This document shows, piece by piece, positions 53,636 through 64,000 of a stretch of DNA of 64,000 nt. The notes beneath the pieces are model-generated. The model had not been told where the DNA came from and did no database searches. It was given only the letters and a program-made list of their open reading frames with translations. The DNA is from an uncultured Verrucomicrobiae bacterium (GTDB lineage Bacteria > Verrucomicrobiota > Verrucomicrobiia > Chthoniobacterales > Terrimicrobiaceae). The position numbers were made by a program, and so were the translations under genes. Every line of letters begins with the position of its first letter. The first letter of the stretch is position 1. Location: the NCBI GenBank assembly GCA_963706955.1, contig CAVPOC010000007.1:32001-96000 (forward strand), written 5' to 3'.

Positions 53636-55112
53636 ATGACTACCAAGCTCAACACCGCGAACCTAAGCAAACTCGATCCGCAAATCCAAGTCCCTCGATA
53701 CGATCGTCAGAAAGTCGGCCAGTCCATTATGCACGTGGGCGTGGGCGGCTTCCATCGAGCGCATCAAGCACTTTACTGCGACGACCTTCTCAACCAAGGC
53801 GAGGATTCGAAATGGGGGTTCTGCGGCGTGGGACTGCTCAAGCATGACGCGCGCATCCGTGACGTTATGCGTTCACAGGATTGCCTCTATACTCTGGTCG
53901 AACGGAGCCTGGCAGGCGATTCGGCTCGCGTGATTGGCTCGATTGTCAACTTTGCCTTCGCGCCGGACGATCCTCAAAAACTGCTCGAGCAAATGGCATC
54001 TCCGGAGCACACTGATCCTCTCGCTGACGATCACCGAGGGCGGATACTATATTGACCAGTCCACTGGTGAGCTCGATGCCAAGCATCCGGATCTTCAGCA
54101 CGATCTTGCTCATCCGCATGAGCCCTCCTGTTCGTTCGGATATATTCTGGAGGCGCTTGATCGAAGGCGCTTGCGTGGGCTGGCTCCCTGCACGCTGATG
54201 TCGTGCGATAACATTCAGAGCAATGGCGAAGTCGCTAAGAAAATGCTCACCGCCTTCGCCGAATTAAGGGATCCCGCCCTGAGAAACTGGCTCGACGAGA
54301 AATGCCTTTTCCCCAACAGCATGGTCGATCGCATCACTCCAGCAACTACCGACGAGCATCGCCAACTGGTCAGGGACAAATTCGGAATCGAAGACGGCTG
54401 GCCCGTCATGACCGAATCGTTCAAGCAGTGGGTCATCGAAGACCATTTCATTCAAGGACGTCCCAAGTGGGAACAAGTCGGCGCGCAGATGACCAGCGAC
54501 GTGCTCCCTTACGAGAAAATGAAGCTGCGCCTGCTGAACGCCAGTCATCAGGCCCTTTGCTACATTGGAATGTTGCTCGGATACCAACTCGTCCACGAGA
54601 CCATGGAAGACGCGGACATTCGCACGCTCGTTCAGAAAATGATGGATGAGGAAGTCACCCCGATTCTTTCACCGGTTCCCGGGGTTGACCTGACCGAATA
54701 TAAGAAAACCCTGATTGAACGTTTCGCTAATCCGGCAATTCGCGATCAGCTTTCGCGCATCGGCATCTATGGTTCTTCCGGAATTCCGAAGTTTGCCCTG
54801 CCGTCGGCCACTGATCAGCTCAAACGCGGCGGACCTGTCAAGCTCCTCAGCTTTACGGTGGCGTCATGGTTTCGCTATTTGAATGGACTAAATGAGTCCG
54901 GGAAGGAGATGCCGATGCTGGATCCGATGGCCGCAACCCTGCGAGATCGAGCCAAGGCGGCTGGCAAAGACGCGCGGAAACTTCTGGGTATGCGGGAAGT
55001 CTTTAGCGAAGAGCTCGCCAATGATGCGACCTTTAGCAAGGAAGTCTCGAAGATCTTCGATAGCTTTTATAGCAAAGGCGCCCGGGCGACGTTGCGGGAA
55101 TGCATTAGCTAG
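53636..55112 (+). CDS. Mannitol 2-dehydrogenase family protein (frameshift near 54010)
   Basis: HVGVGGFHRAHQA, SLTITEGGY, MSCDN, PNSMVDRITP, QWVIED, MKLRLLNASH. Confidence 0.88.
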
Positions 55113-55190
55113 CCTAAGGCATGTCCGGTGCACTGACGAGTTCTCGTAGGGATGCGGAGACTTACTTAGCTTCAACCGATCTTCGATTCT

Positions 55191-55249
55191 GTAGCGACGG
55201 TGTCCTCACCGTCGGGGCGCTCTTTCGGCGGTGGGGACACCGCCGCTAC
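55191..55249. repeat. REP doublet, family A
   Basis: GTAG-CGACGGTG-TCCT-CACCGTCG, 11-nt spacer, CGGCGGTG-GGGA-CACCGCCG-CTAC; lies between convergent genes. Confidence 0.9.
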
Positions 55250-55288
55250 AGTTTAAGAAACTTTTCTTAGGTTCTCAGCCACGCAGAG

Positions 55289-56351
55289 CTACTTGAGCTC
55301 TTCATCGAAAACGACGGCGACCTTGCCAGACTTGCCGCTCGCCATAAGCGCATAAGCTTCGTCCGCTTTCTCGAGCGGAAATCTATCGGTAACGAGATCT
55401 TCGGGATGAATCTTCCAGCGGACGATGCGTTCCACTAAGTCCTCCATCAGCCAGATGCTGGTCACCCAGGAACCGTAGACCGTCTTCTGATCGTGAATCA
55501 TATCGTAGCTGGGCTGCAGGGCCAACGTTCCTCCCTCCCCAACAAGCGCGATTTTCCCCCACTTGCGCGTCGCTTGGATCGCCGTCAGGCGACCCTTGTC
55601 ATTGCCACTGGCATCAAAGGCTCTCTCGACTCCGTGCCCGCCCGTCAGGTTTCGGATCTCTTCGACGTTGTGTGGCCCAGACTTGAGCACATGATCCGCC
55701 AAGCCCGAGTTTCCGCGCCACTTCGAGGCGATCTTCGACCACGTCGACCCCGATGAGCTTGTTCGCGCCGAGCGCCTTTGAAAGCATGAGCGCGGCGAGA
55801 CCGACCGGACCCAGGCCCACAACCAGGACGGCGTCGTTTCCGGAAATCCCGATCTTTTCAAGTCCCTCATAGACGGTCCCAAAGCCGCAGGCGACTTGTG
55901 CGCCGTCGGTGTACGAGAGCTCGTCGGGCAAGCGCGACGAGGTCCTTCTCTTCCGCGAGGATGTATTCGGCCATCCCCCATCCCTCTGCCAGCCATAGGC
56001 GGCGCGAAAGGAACTCGTGCAGCTGATCATGTAGCCGCGCCGGCAGTCGTTACAAACTCCGCACCCGGAAATGTGATAGACGATGACACGATCCCCTTTC
56101 TTAAATTTTTTCAAGCCGGGTCCCTCCTCGACGATTTGCCCGCAGGGTTCATGTCCCGCGATCTTGTTTTGATAACCCTCAGGTCCCTTCCCAAGGTGTT
56201 CGCGGTAGATGGCTCTAATATCGCTGCCGCAGATCGTCGACGATTTTGTCTTGATTAAAACCTGACCGTGCCCTGGCTCGGGGACCGCAAACTCCTTGAA
56301 CTCTACCGTGCTGTTCCCGGGCAGCACTGCTCCCGTCATCGTTTTGCTCAT
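55289..56351 (-). CDS. Zinc-binding alcohol/polyol dehydrogenase (several indels, e.g. near 55975 and 55700)
   Basis: [25 protein letters not shown]-terminus GKVAVVF in ORF 55289..55996. Confidence 0.85.
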
Positions 56352-56421
56352 AAGCTATGAGGTTGTCTTCTAATAACCGGGCGCCTGCACTATCATGCAA
56401 GGCGAGATGTGGGGACGGGCG

Positions 56422-57552
56422 TTAGCCCTTGATGACCTTTTCAGTTTGGACGTCGAAAAGATGGACCTTCTCCATGTTCAATTGAACGGTCAACTGTTCG
56501 CCGGGATGGTAGTGATGCTCGCCGGGCACGCGGGCGATGACAGTGCCCGTTCCTGCCTTGAGATAGACGATTGACTCCGAGCCCATCGGTTCCGATATCT
56601 CGATGACCGAGCTGATCGGGACGTGGGCTGGATCGCTGACCTGGTCGCTGAGATGCTCGGGACGGATGCCGAAGATAATCGGCTTGCCCTCGTAAGGGGC
56701 GGCCAGGGTCTCGAGCTTGCCGCGTAGGGGAATGGTCAAGGCGTTTTGCTGGGCATCCTCGACAAAGCTCAGCCCTCCATCGAGCTTCTGCACTTTGCCT
56801 TTGAGGAGGTTCATCGGCGGACTGCCAATGAAGCCGGCCACAAAAATGTTCTCCGGCTGGCGATAGAGAGTCAGGGGATCGGCAATTTGCATGATGTTGC
56901 CATCGCGCATCACACAGATGCGGTCTCCCATGGTCATGGCCTCTACTTGATCGTGGGTCACATAGACCATGGTAGTGGTCAATTGGGTATGCAGTCGGGA
57001 GATCTCCGAACGCATGTGCACCCGCATCTTAGCGTCCAGATTGGAAAGCGGCTCGTCAAAGAGGAACACCTTCGGATCCCGCACAATCGCTCTCCCGAGG
57101 GCCACTCTTTGGCGCTGGCCTCCGGAAAGCGCTCCAGGCTTGCGGTCGAGCATTTTGTCCAACCCGAGGCTCTTCGCAGTCTTCGTGACGGTCTGCTGGA
57201 TGAAGTCCTTGGGCTTTTTCGCCAACTTCAAGCCAAAGGCGATATTGTCGAAAATGCTCATGTGCGGATAGAGCGCGTAGTTTTGAAAGACCATCGCGAT
57301 CCCGCGATCCTTGGGATGCACATTGTTGACCACGCGGTCACCGATGGCAATGCTTCCGCTGGTGATGTGCTCTAACCCGGCCAGCATCCGCAACGTCGTC
57401 GACTTGCCACAGCCCGAAGGACCCACCAGGACCATGAACTCGCCGTTCTGAATCTCCAGATTGATGTTCTTGACGGCGGTGAACGACGGCTTGCCATGCT
57501 CGTCAAGATACGTTTTGACCAAATTCTTAATGTGAACCGCTCCGTCGTTCAT
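56422..57552 (-). CDS. Polyol ABC transporter ATP-binding protein (SmoK/MtlK type)
   Basis: [24 protein letters not shown]; last gene of a binding protein-permease-permease-ATPase run. Confidence 0.9.
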   Translation of the reverse strand: MNDGAVHIKNLVKTYLDEHGKPSFTAVKNINLEIQNGEFMVLVGPSGCGKSTTLRMLAGLEHITSGSIAIGDRVVNNVHPKDRGIAMVFQNYALYPHMSIFDNIAFGLKLAKKPKDFIQQTVTKTAKSLGLDKMLDRKPGALSGGQRQRVALGRAIVRDPKVFLFDEPLSNLDAKMRVHMRSEISRLHTQLTTTMVYVTHDQVEAMTMGDRICVMRDGNIMQIADPLTLYRQPENIFVAGFIGSPPMNLLKGKVQKLDGGLSFVEDAQQNALTIPLRGKLETLAAPYEGKPIIFGIRPEHLSDQVSDPAHVPISSVIEISEPMGSESIVYLKAGTGTVIARVPGEHHYHPGEQLTVQLNMEKVHLFDVQTEKVIKG

Positions 57553-57564
57553 AAGCTTTCTTTT

Positions 57565-58380
57565 CTATTTGACCGCTCCAAAGGTCAATCCGCGCACCAG
57601 TTGTTTCTGGGTCATCCAGCCCAGCACCATGATCGGGGCTACCGCCAGGAAGGAAGCCGCCGACAGCTTTGCCCAGAAGAGCCCCTCCGGACTCGAATAA
57701 GAGGCGATAAAGACCGGCAACGGCGCTGCGTTCACACTCGTCAGATTCAAGCTCCAAAACGCCTCATTCCACGACAAGATCACCAGGAGCAGTCCCGTCG
57801 AAGAGAGACCCGGGAGGGTCATCGGCCGGAGGACATGCCACATTTCTTGCCAGATCGTGGCGCCATCGATCCGCGCCGCCTCCAGAATGGCCGCTGGGAT
57901 TTCGCAGAAATAGGTGTAGGCCATCCAGACTGCTATCGGCAAGTTGATCAGCGCGTAGATGACGATCAGGGCAACGATGTTATCCAAAACGCCAAAGAAT
58001 TGGCAGAGGATATAGAGCGGAATTAACACACCCACTGCTGGCATCATCTTGGTTGACAACATCCACACCAAGGTCGACTGCGTCTTCGGTGTCGGATAAA
58101 AGGCCATCCGATAGGCTGCCGGGATCGCCAAGGCAAAGCACAAGAGTGTCGAGCCGATGGAAGCCAAAATAGAGTTCCACACGTAGACCGCGTAGTTGCT
58201 CCGCGCGAAGACCTCGTAGAAGGATACCAAGGTCGGAATAAAGAACAAACTCAAGCTCTGGGCTTCCCGCTCGTTCTTAAAAGCCGTAATGATCATCACA
58301 AAGATCGGGAAGAAGATGGTCAGGGCGACCAGCCAGGCCAAGATCCCCCACGCCCATTTGCTAAGCTTCGACTCGTGCAT
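57565..58380 (-). CDS. Polyol ABC transporter permease (SmoG/MtlG type)
   Basis: WMLSTKMMPAVG, EAARIDGA, QKQLVRGLTFGAVK. Confidence 0.9.
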   Translation of the reverse strand: MHESKLSKWAWGILAWLVALTIFFPIFVMIITAFKNEREAQSLSLFFIPTLVSFYEVFARSNYAVYVWNSILASIGSTLLCFALAIPAAYRMAFYPTPKTQSTLVWMLSTKMMPAVGVLIPLYILCQFFGVLDNIVALIVIYALINLPIAVWMAYTYFCEIPAAILEAARIDGATIWQEMWHVLRPMTLPGLSSTGLLLVILSWNEAFWSLNLTSVNAAPLPVFIASYSSPEGLFWAKLSAASFLAVAPIMVLGWMTQKQLVRGLTFGAVK

Positions 58381-58387
58381 ACTCTTT

Positions 58388-59312
58388 CTAGCGTGTCTGG
58401 AGGTTGCGGGACATCAGTCGAACCATGAAGAAGGCGACAACGTTGGCCAGCACCACTGCCAAAATGCCTCCGGCCGAGGCAATTCCCGCATCAAACTGCT
58501 GCAGGCCCAACGAATACACCAAAAACGCCAGGTTGGTCGTGGCCGTCCCGGGCCCGCCTGAGGTCGTCGTGTAGATCTCGGCAAAGATCGAGAGCAAGAA
58601 GATCGTCTCGATCATCACCACCACGCCAATCGCTCGGCTCAGATGCGAGAGGGTCACATAAAAGAAGAACTGCACCGGATTGGCGCCATCTACTGCCGCC
58701 GCCTCCTTCTGCTCCTGGTCCAGGCTCTTGATCGAGGTGAACAAGATCAAAAAGGCAAAGGGCAGCCATTCCCAGGACACAATGATGATGATGGACAACA
58801 GTGGATGCGTGCTGAACCAATCGATGGCCGGCAGTCCAAGCTTGTTCATCGTCACCGCGAGGAATCCATAGACCGGGTGCATCATCATGTTCTTCCAAAT
58901 GAGCGCACTCACCGTCGGCATCACAAAAAACGGGGCAATCACCAGCAAGGTGGCCACGTTCTTGCCGAAGAAGTCCCGGTCAAAGAGCACCGCAAAGAGC
59001 GTCCCTAAAACCACCGTGATAATCAGCACCGCCCCGATTAAGATGATGCTGTTGATGATCGCCGGGATAAAGGCCGGATCCTCCCACAAATACCTGTAGT
59101 TCTCCAGCCCGGCAAAGCCAGTCAGCTCAGGATTAAGCAGATTTTTGCGGATGAAGGAAAAGTAGATCGTCATCCCCAAGGGGACGATCATCCACAAGAA
59201 CAACACCGCCACCGAGGGAAACTGCAGCAAAGGCAACAGGAGGCTCGGCTTAGCCCTCCACCTCAGGCTCGACAGAGCTTGCGGGGACTACGGGCTGTGG
59301 AGCGGTGCTCAC
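58388..59312 (-). CDS. Polyol ABC transporter permease (SmoF/MtlF type); 5' end apparently frameshifted
   Basis: APFFVMPTVSALIWKN, EQKEAAAVDGA, TTSGGPG; probable GTG start at 59312 in another frame. Confidence 0.85.
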
Positions 59313-59362
59313 TTTACATCTTCAAAGCACAACCAGAGTTTTTTTATCCCCTCTTTCGCCGT

Positions 59363-60670
59363 TTACTTCTGCAATCCCGCCTGCTTGACGGCTTTGTTCG
59401 CTGCCGCCTGGCTCGCCTTTAAGGCGGCATCCACCGTCATCTTTCCCGCCAGCGCTCCCGCGACATTCTGCCCGACCACCGTTCCAAAGGACTGAAACTC
59501 CGGAATCCCGACAAACTGCACACCCGTGTACGGCACCGGCCGGATCGCCGGATTGGTCGGATCCGCCGTCTGCATCGCTTTCAGCGTGACCGCCGCAAAC
59601 GGTGCCGCTTTTTGATACTCCGCATTGTCATAGAGAGACTTCCGCGTTCCGGGCGGCACCGTCGCCCACCCAGTCTCGTCGGCTACCATCTTGATATACT
59701 CTTTGGAGGTTGCCCACAGCGCAAACTTCTTGGCCTCCTCTGCCGCCTTCGAACTCTTTGGGATGGCAAAGGCCCACGACCAGAGCCAGTGGGATCCATT
59801 AGGCGTCTTCTCGATCGGTGCGTTGGCAAAGGCCACCTTGTCGGAAACCTGCGACTCCTTCGGGTCAAAAAGCGGGCCGGCTCCAGAGGTCGCATCGATC
59901 CACATCGCCGCCTTTCCGGTAGCAAAGATCGTCAGGTTCTCGTTGAACCCATTCGAGGTTGCTCCGGGCGGTCCGGATGCCTTCATCAAATCCACGTAGT
60001 AGCTAATCGCACTCTTCCACTCCGGACTTTCAATGGTCGCCTTCCACTCCATGTCGAACCACGTCCCCCCGAAGGTGTTTACCAGCGTGCTGACAAAGGC
60101 CATGTTCTCTCCCCAGCCCGGCTTCCCGCGCAAGGTGATCCCATAGATTCCCTTGCCTTTGTCGGTGAGCGCCTCCGCCCATTTCTTGATGTCCGCATAG
60201 GTCGCCTGCTCCGGCATCGTGATCCCCTTGGCGTCGAAAAGATCCTTGCGATACATCAACATCGAACTCTCTCCGTTGAAGGGCAGCGCGTAGAGCTTTC
60301 CATCATAGGACAAGCCGTCGCGCAGGCTCTTGAAGACGTCCTCGATATCGTATTCTGCCGGCAGATTCGCCATCTCCGTCAGCCAGCCTCGCTTGGCAAA
60401 GATCGGCGCCTCATACAGCCCAATGAAAATAACGTCAAATTGCCCGCCCCCGGTCGACACGTCCGTCGTGATCCGTTGGCGCATGATGTTCTCTTCCAGA
60501 ACCAGCCAATTTAATTTGATGTTCGGATTGGCCTCTTCGAACTTTGTCGAAAGTTTCTTTAAGGTGATCATGTCCGGATTATTCACCGTGACGATGTTCA
60601 CCGTTTTTTGCTGAGCGAGGACGTTCAAGCTCGTCAGGAGGATGATAGCGAGGGAGAGAAGACGTTTCAT
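59363..60670 (-). CDS. Polyol (sorbitol/mannitol) ABC transporter substrate-binding protein (SmoE/MtlE type)
   Basis: Signal peptide, TVNNPDM, LRGKPGWGEN, AMWIDAT, PYTGVQFVGIPEFQ. Confidence 0.88.
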   Translation of the reverse strand: MKRLLSLAIILLTSLNVLAQQKTVNIVTVNNPDMITLKKLSTKFEEANPNIKLNWLVLEENIMRQRITTDVSTGGGQFDVIFIGLYEAPIFAKRGWLTEMANLPAEYDIEDVFKSLRDGLSYDGKLYALPFNGESSMLMYRKDLFDAKGITMPEQATYADIKKWAEALTDKGKGIYGITLRGKPGWGENMAFVSTLVNTFGGTWFDMEWKATIESPEWKSAISYYVDLMKASGPPGATSNGFNENLTIFATGKAAMWIDATSGAGPLFDPKESQVSDKVAFANAPIEKTPNGSHWLWSWAFAIPKSSKAAEEAKKFALWATSKEYIKMVADETGWATVPPGTRKSLYDNAEYQKAAPFAAVTLKAMQTADPTNPAIRPVPYTGVQFVGIPEFQSFGTVVGQNVAGALAGKMTVDAALKASQAAANKAVKQAGLQK

Positions 60671-61099
60671 GGGAGAACTGAGTTGTGGTTACGTTATCTT
60701 TGTGGCGGAGGGGGGACCTCTGGCGGAAGCCCTTGGCGAGAGCATCCACCCAACGTCAGCCATCCTGACGCAATTTGATCGACCACGCAAACCCCTTTTT
60801 TTACCGCCCAGCTAAACTGGTAGGACAGCGCCTCGTCTTCATCTCATCAATTAGCTACCCGTTAAGGGTAAGCGGCTTCCAACGTCGGGCGAAAGGGCTA
60901 AGGACATTTGAGCAGCTATCACTTGCGGGCCGTTGAACCGTCGGGCGCAGCCGAGATCCCGCGGCCGCAGTTAGCCTTCTAACTGCCTGTCAACATCTCA
61001 AGGGTCGTTGAGCACGTGACTAGAGCGCTTCCGTCGGCCAGCCGGCGGGCTGGCTTCCGACCACCTATTCCCCAAAGATCGCGCCGTCCACACCGGCGA

Positions 61100-61660
61100 T
61101 CATGAAGGCTCGCTATCCGCATTCGAGTAATCAAGCCGCGCCTGGTAGTCTTGATAAAGCCGGGCATAGGGTTCGACCCAGGCCGTCACAGGCTGAATTT
61201 CTTGCAGGTTCAGTCCCTCTACAAACGGCAATGCGACGCCTGCACCTTGCGCTGCGATGAGAGCTGCGCCGATGGCGGTAAGTTCAGGCTCATCGACCAC
61301 GGTCACCGGTTGGCCAAAAATGCTGGCGCGCAATTCTACGAAGGCGTGCGATCGTGCCCAGCCGCCAGCTGCGAAAATCGGGGCAGGCGTGGCCCCGACC
61401 CTCAATATCTCATCAAACATCCGTCGAGCGTAGAAGGTCGCCGCCTCTAATACGGTTCGCACATCCGCTTCGGTCGGTTCGTTCCCAGATCGCAAGAGTA
61501 ATTCGTCAGAAGCCGGAATCGGAATTGGACGGTCGCCAGGAACGCCCGGGATGCGCTCCAACGCAAGCAACCGCCTGACAAGGTCGGTGGTCCCGCGATG
61601 CGGATGAATCGCCGCCGCCAATTCAAAAACGCCGAGGTAGGATAAGCCATCATTGCCCAT
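61100..61660 (-). pseudogene. C-terminal fragment of an FGGY-family kinase
   Basis: AAGGWARS...RASIFGQPV...ELTAIGAALIA FGGY_C motifs; N-terminus replaced by IS256 sequence. Confidence 0.7.
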
Positions 61661-62305
61661 CGCCGGTCCTCCCAGTCAATACCGATAGCCACCAGCACGG
61701 CTCGTGAGCGGATCACTCTGCTCTCACGCGGTTTTTCATATCGCGTGTCGACGATGAGGTAGGGATACTCGCTATCCAACCCGCACCGAGCAAAGCGTCC
61801 GAGTTCGTTATCCAGCTTCTTATTGATCGAATCGCGCTCGCACTAAAGCTGTGCCCGCAGAGCTCTTCGCTGATCGCTTTAACTTTCCGAATCGACACTC
61901 CTTGGAAGCACCTCTCCCTCAGCGCAGCGACCCGCGCTCTCGCTGCGCTTGTAGCGCTCGAAGTTCTCAGTGAAAAATCGCCCTGGCGATCTTGGGGAAC
62001 TCTTAACTAGAGTTTTCCTATTCGCGTGACCAAGCTCCGGTTATAGTAGCCGCCGCGATAACTTAGACGCCTGTCGGCTCGCTCTCCTTTCTCCGCTCCG
62101 ACGGCTTACGCCATCTCCGCTTCAAGAAATTCCTGGATGACACTGCGTACCAGCGGACCGAAAAAATCCCGTCTTCACCACTCATCGCTTCTCTTCGGTT
62201 CCTTTGTTATCTCTCTTTTGAGTCAAGGTTCGATACTCCGTTCGGTTGTTTTTCACTCCAACTGCTTACCAAGACCTCGTCTCTTTACGGAACTTTCAGA
62301 CACTA
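61661..62305 (-). mobile_element. IS256-family transposase remnant (5' part, heavily frameshifted); boundaries approximate
   Basis: RGGYY, SIRKVKAISEELCGHSFSASAI and YPYLIVDTRYEK...AVLVAIGIDWE mutator-family motifs in different frames. Confidence 0.8.
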
Positions 62306-62835
62306 CGTTGCTAGCAGCACTGTGCGCTTACGATGCGTGCGCATATTGCGAGGATTTGTGCGCAAATTAGCGCTATTCATCGAAGATTCAAGCTGCATAT
62401 AATTGCGCAAGAAGCTCCCTCCAAAACGAATTTTTCGTCCTAGAATCGAATAAACTATTACCAATAAACCACTTATCTAGAACAAGAAGAAAAGTATGAA
62501 AAGGCTTTTCATCTCTGCTATATGCGCGAGGAACAGCGCGCGAGCGCCAATGAAATTTTGTGAGAGTGCCAGCGGCAACTTCTACGATGGGCTAACCGGC
62601 GAAAGCCCATCTGAAATGCCTATATTCCTTACCAGACCCGACTTTGACGCTCACGGCCGAGGCGCGGGCTAGGCGACCAGCTCCATTTCGAGTCGGGCAT
62701 GAAGCACTGTATCAATCGGGACGGAGAATCTTTTCGTGTTCGAGCGCTTCATTGATCCCAGGGATGGATAGGACCGCGCGTCGATCTACGAGCCGGATGC
62801 CGTATGAAGTGCGCCAGTCGCAATCTCTCCCGCTT

Positions 62836-63753
62836 ATGAACACCGAATTCTACACTTTTGGCGAAATCCTCTGGGACTGTCTGCCCTCCGGGCGGCATGC
62901 TGGTGGAGCGCCATTCAACGTCGCCGCTCACCTCGTCCAGTTGGGTGTCTCAGCGTCTCTGATCTCAGCGATCGGCCAGGATCCGCTCGGCGACGAGATC
63001 CTGAAGGTGGCCCAAGACAAAGGAGTCAACACACAGTTTGTAACCCGTGCGCGCATCGGTCTCGCCACCGGAACTGTTCTAGCAACTGTGGACGCCTGCG
63101 GGAACGCGACCTACGAACTCGTTCAACCGGTGGCTTGGGACGAGATTAGAGTTCTTCCGACAACCGTGGAAGCTGTTGCGCAGGCCCGCGGACTCATCTT
63201 CGGCTCGCTCGCAGGCCGGTCACCATACAACCTCGATCAGTTGAATCTCCTGCTGGCAATCGAAGGCCCGATGAAATTCTTCGATGTCAATCTGCGCCCT
63301 CCCTTCGGCCAACCGGAGCTGGTCATGAACCTTGCGAAGCATGCCGATGTCATCAAACTCAACGATGACGAAGCTGGCAAGCTTGCTTCTTGGGTGCGTA
63401 CTGGCGAAGCGAAGCTGGATACGCCGCGAAGCCTTGATGCTCTTGACGAAGCCTGCGCAGCCTTGGCGAAAGCAACCAACACCTCTCGGATCTGCGTCAC
63501 GAGGGGGGCCGATGGCGCGGCGTTGTGGGAGAGCGGAAATCTGGTCTCTGCCCCGGCTCCTAAAGTGGCCATTAAGGACACGGTCGGCGCGGGCGACTCA
63601 TTCATGGCGGGCCTGATGGTCGGACTAACACATGGCACGGACACACAAAAGGTGCTGGAAGACGCCTGTCGTGTCGGCGCCTTCGTTGCCTCGCACGACG
63701 GAGCGACGCCCTTGCTGCCGACGGAGATCACTCAGGAATTCAAAAGCAGGTAG
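62836..63753 (+). CDS. PfkB-family carbohydrate kinase (fructokinase-like)
   Basis: FGEILWD, GGAPFNVA, FDVNLRPP, KLNDDE, DTVGAGDSF. Confidence 0.9.
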   Translation: MNTEFYTFGEILWDCLPSGRHAGGAPFNVAAHLVQLGVSASLISAIGQDPLGDEILKVAQDKGVNTQFVTRARIGLATGTVLATVDACGNATYELVQPVAWDEIRVLPTTVEAVAQARGLIFGSLAGRSPYNLDQLNLLLAIEGPMKFFDVNLRPPFGQPELVMNLAKHADVIKLNDDEAGKLASWVRTGEAKLDTPRSLDALDEACAALAKATNTSRICVTRGADGAALWESGNLVSAPAPKVAIKDTVGAGDSFMAGLMVGLTHGTDTQKVLEDACRVGAFVASHDGATPLLPTEITQEFKSR

Positions 63754-63821
63754 CCGCTTCCCGTCGCAAGGGGTTCCCTACATCTCACGGCAACTTCAGC
63801 ATGGGTTAGAGAGGAAATGAG

Positions 63822-64000
63822 TTGAAACCTTTTAATTACCGGCATCCTACAGAAATCATATTTGGATGTGGGCGCTTCGCCGAGTTGGGATCAATCGTAA
63901 CTAGGTTCGGCCTCAAATGTCTGCTTGTGAGTGAACAGAAAACCGGCCCCCTTCGCGACATTTACGACAAAGCCGAACAGTTTCTGGCGACGGAAGGCGT
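63822..64000 (+). CDS. Iron-containing alcohol dehydrogenase, N-terminal part (runs off the window)
   Basis: Manual translation MKPFNYRHPTEIIFGCGRFAELG...KCLLVS matches the F..PT.I.FG.G start typical of the family; GAGG upstream of TTG. Confidence 0.65.
   Translation, partial: MKPFNYRHPTEIIFGCGRFAELGSIVTRFGLKCLLVSEQKTGPLRDIYDKAEQFLATEG

Overview
GC-rich bacterial chromosomal window. The organism is probably Verrucomicrobiota (Chthoniobacterales-like); this is an inference from gene content and protein style, not a database result. 1-31 kb is a large sugar/cyclitol catabolic region: FGGY kinase, SDR, eight Gfo/Idh/MocA oxidoreductases, IolE, two TIM-barrel epimerase-family proteins, a split transketolase, a FAD/Fe-S oxidoreductase, tandem gabD, a DeoR regulator and an inositol-type ABC importer. 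31-49.7 kb is housekeeping: manC, valS, amidase, murI, mqnC, YhaM-like nuclease, mlaEFD, carB, rpsO, pnp. 49.7-51.7 kb is a mobile-DNA hotspot. 51.8-64 kb is a polyol uptake/catabolism locus with an IS256 remnant. Main unexplained signals: (1) a 55-nt C-free tract in a decayed IS630 transposase that restores the conserved HFTPTYSSWLNQVEIWF motif by T->C reversion alone, i.e. strand-specific C->T conversion; (2) a GTAG-type REP palindrome family (15 copies at 7 intergenic loci, with compensatory stem changes), one doublet of which lies 18 bp upstream of a truncated RAYT-like HUH transposase; (3) a second REP-like family and two periodic inverted-repeat elements; (4) an inositol-like cluster with no iolB/C/D in the window. 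Frequent single-base frameshifts, including in valS and carB, indicate an error-prone (probably long-read) assembly, so sequence artefacts must be excluded.
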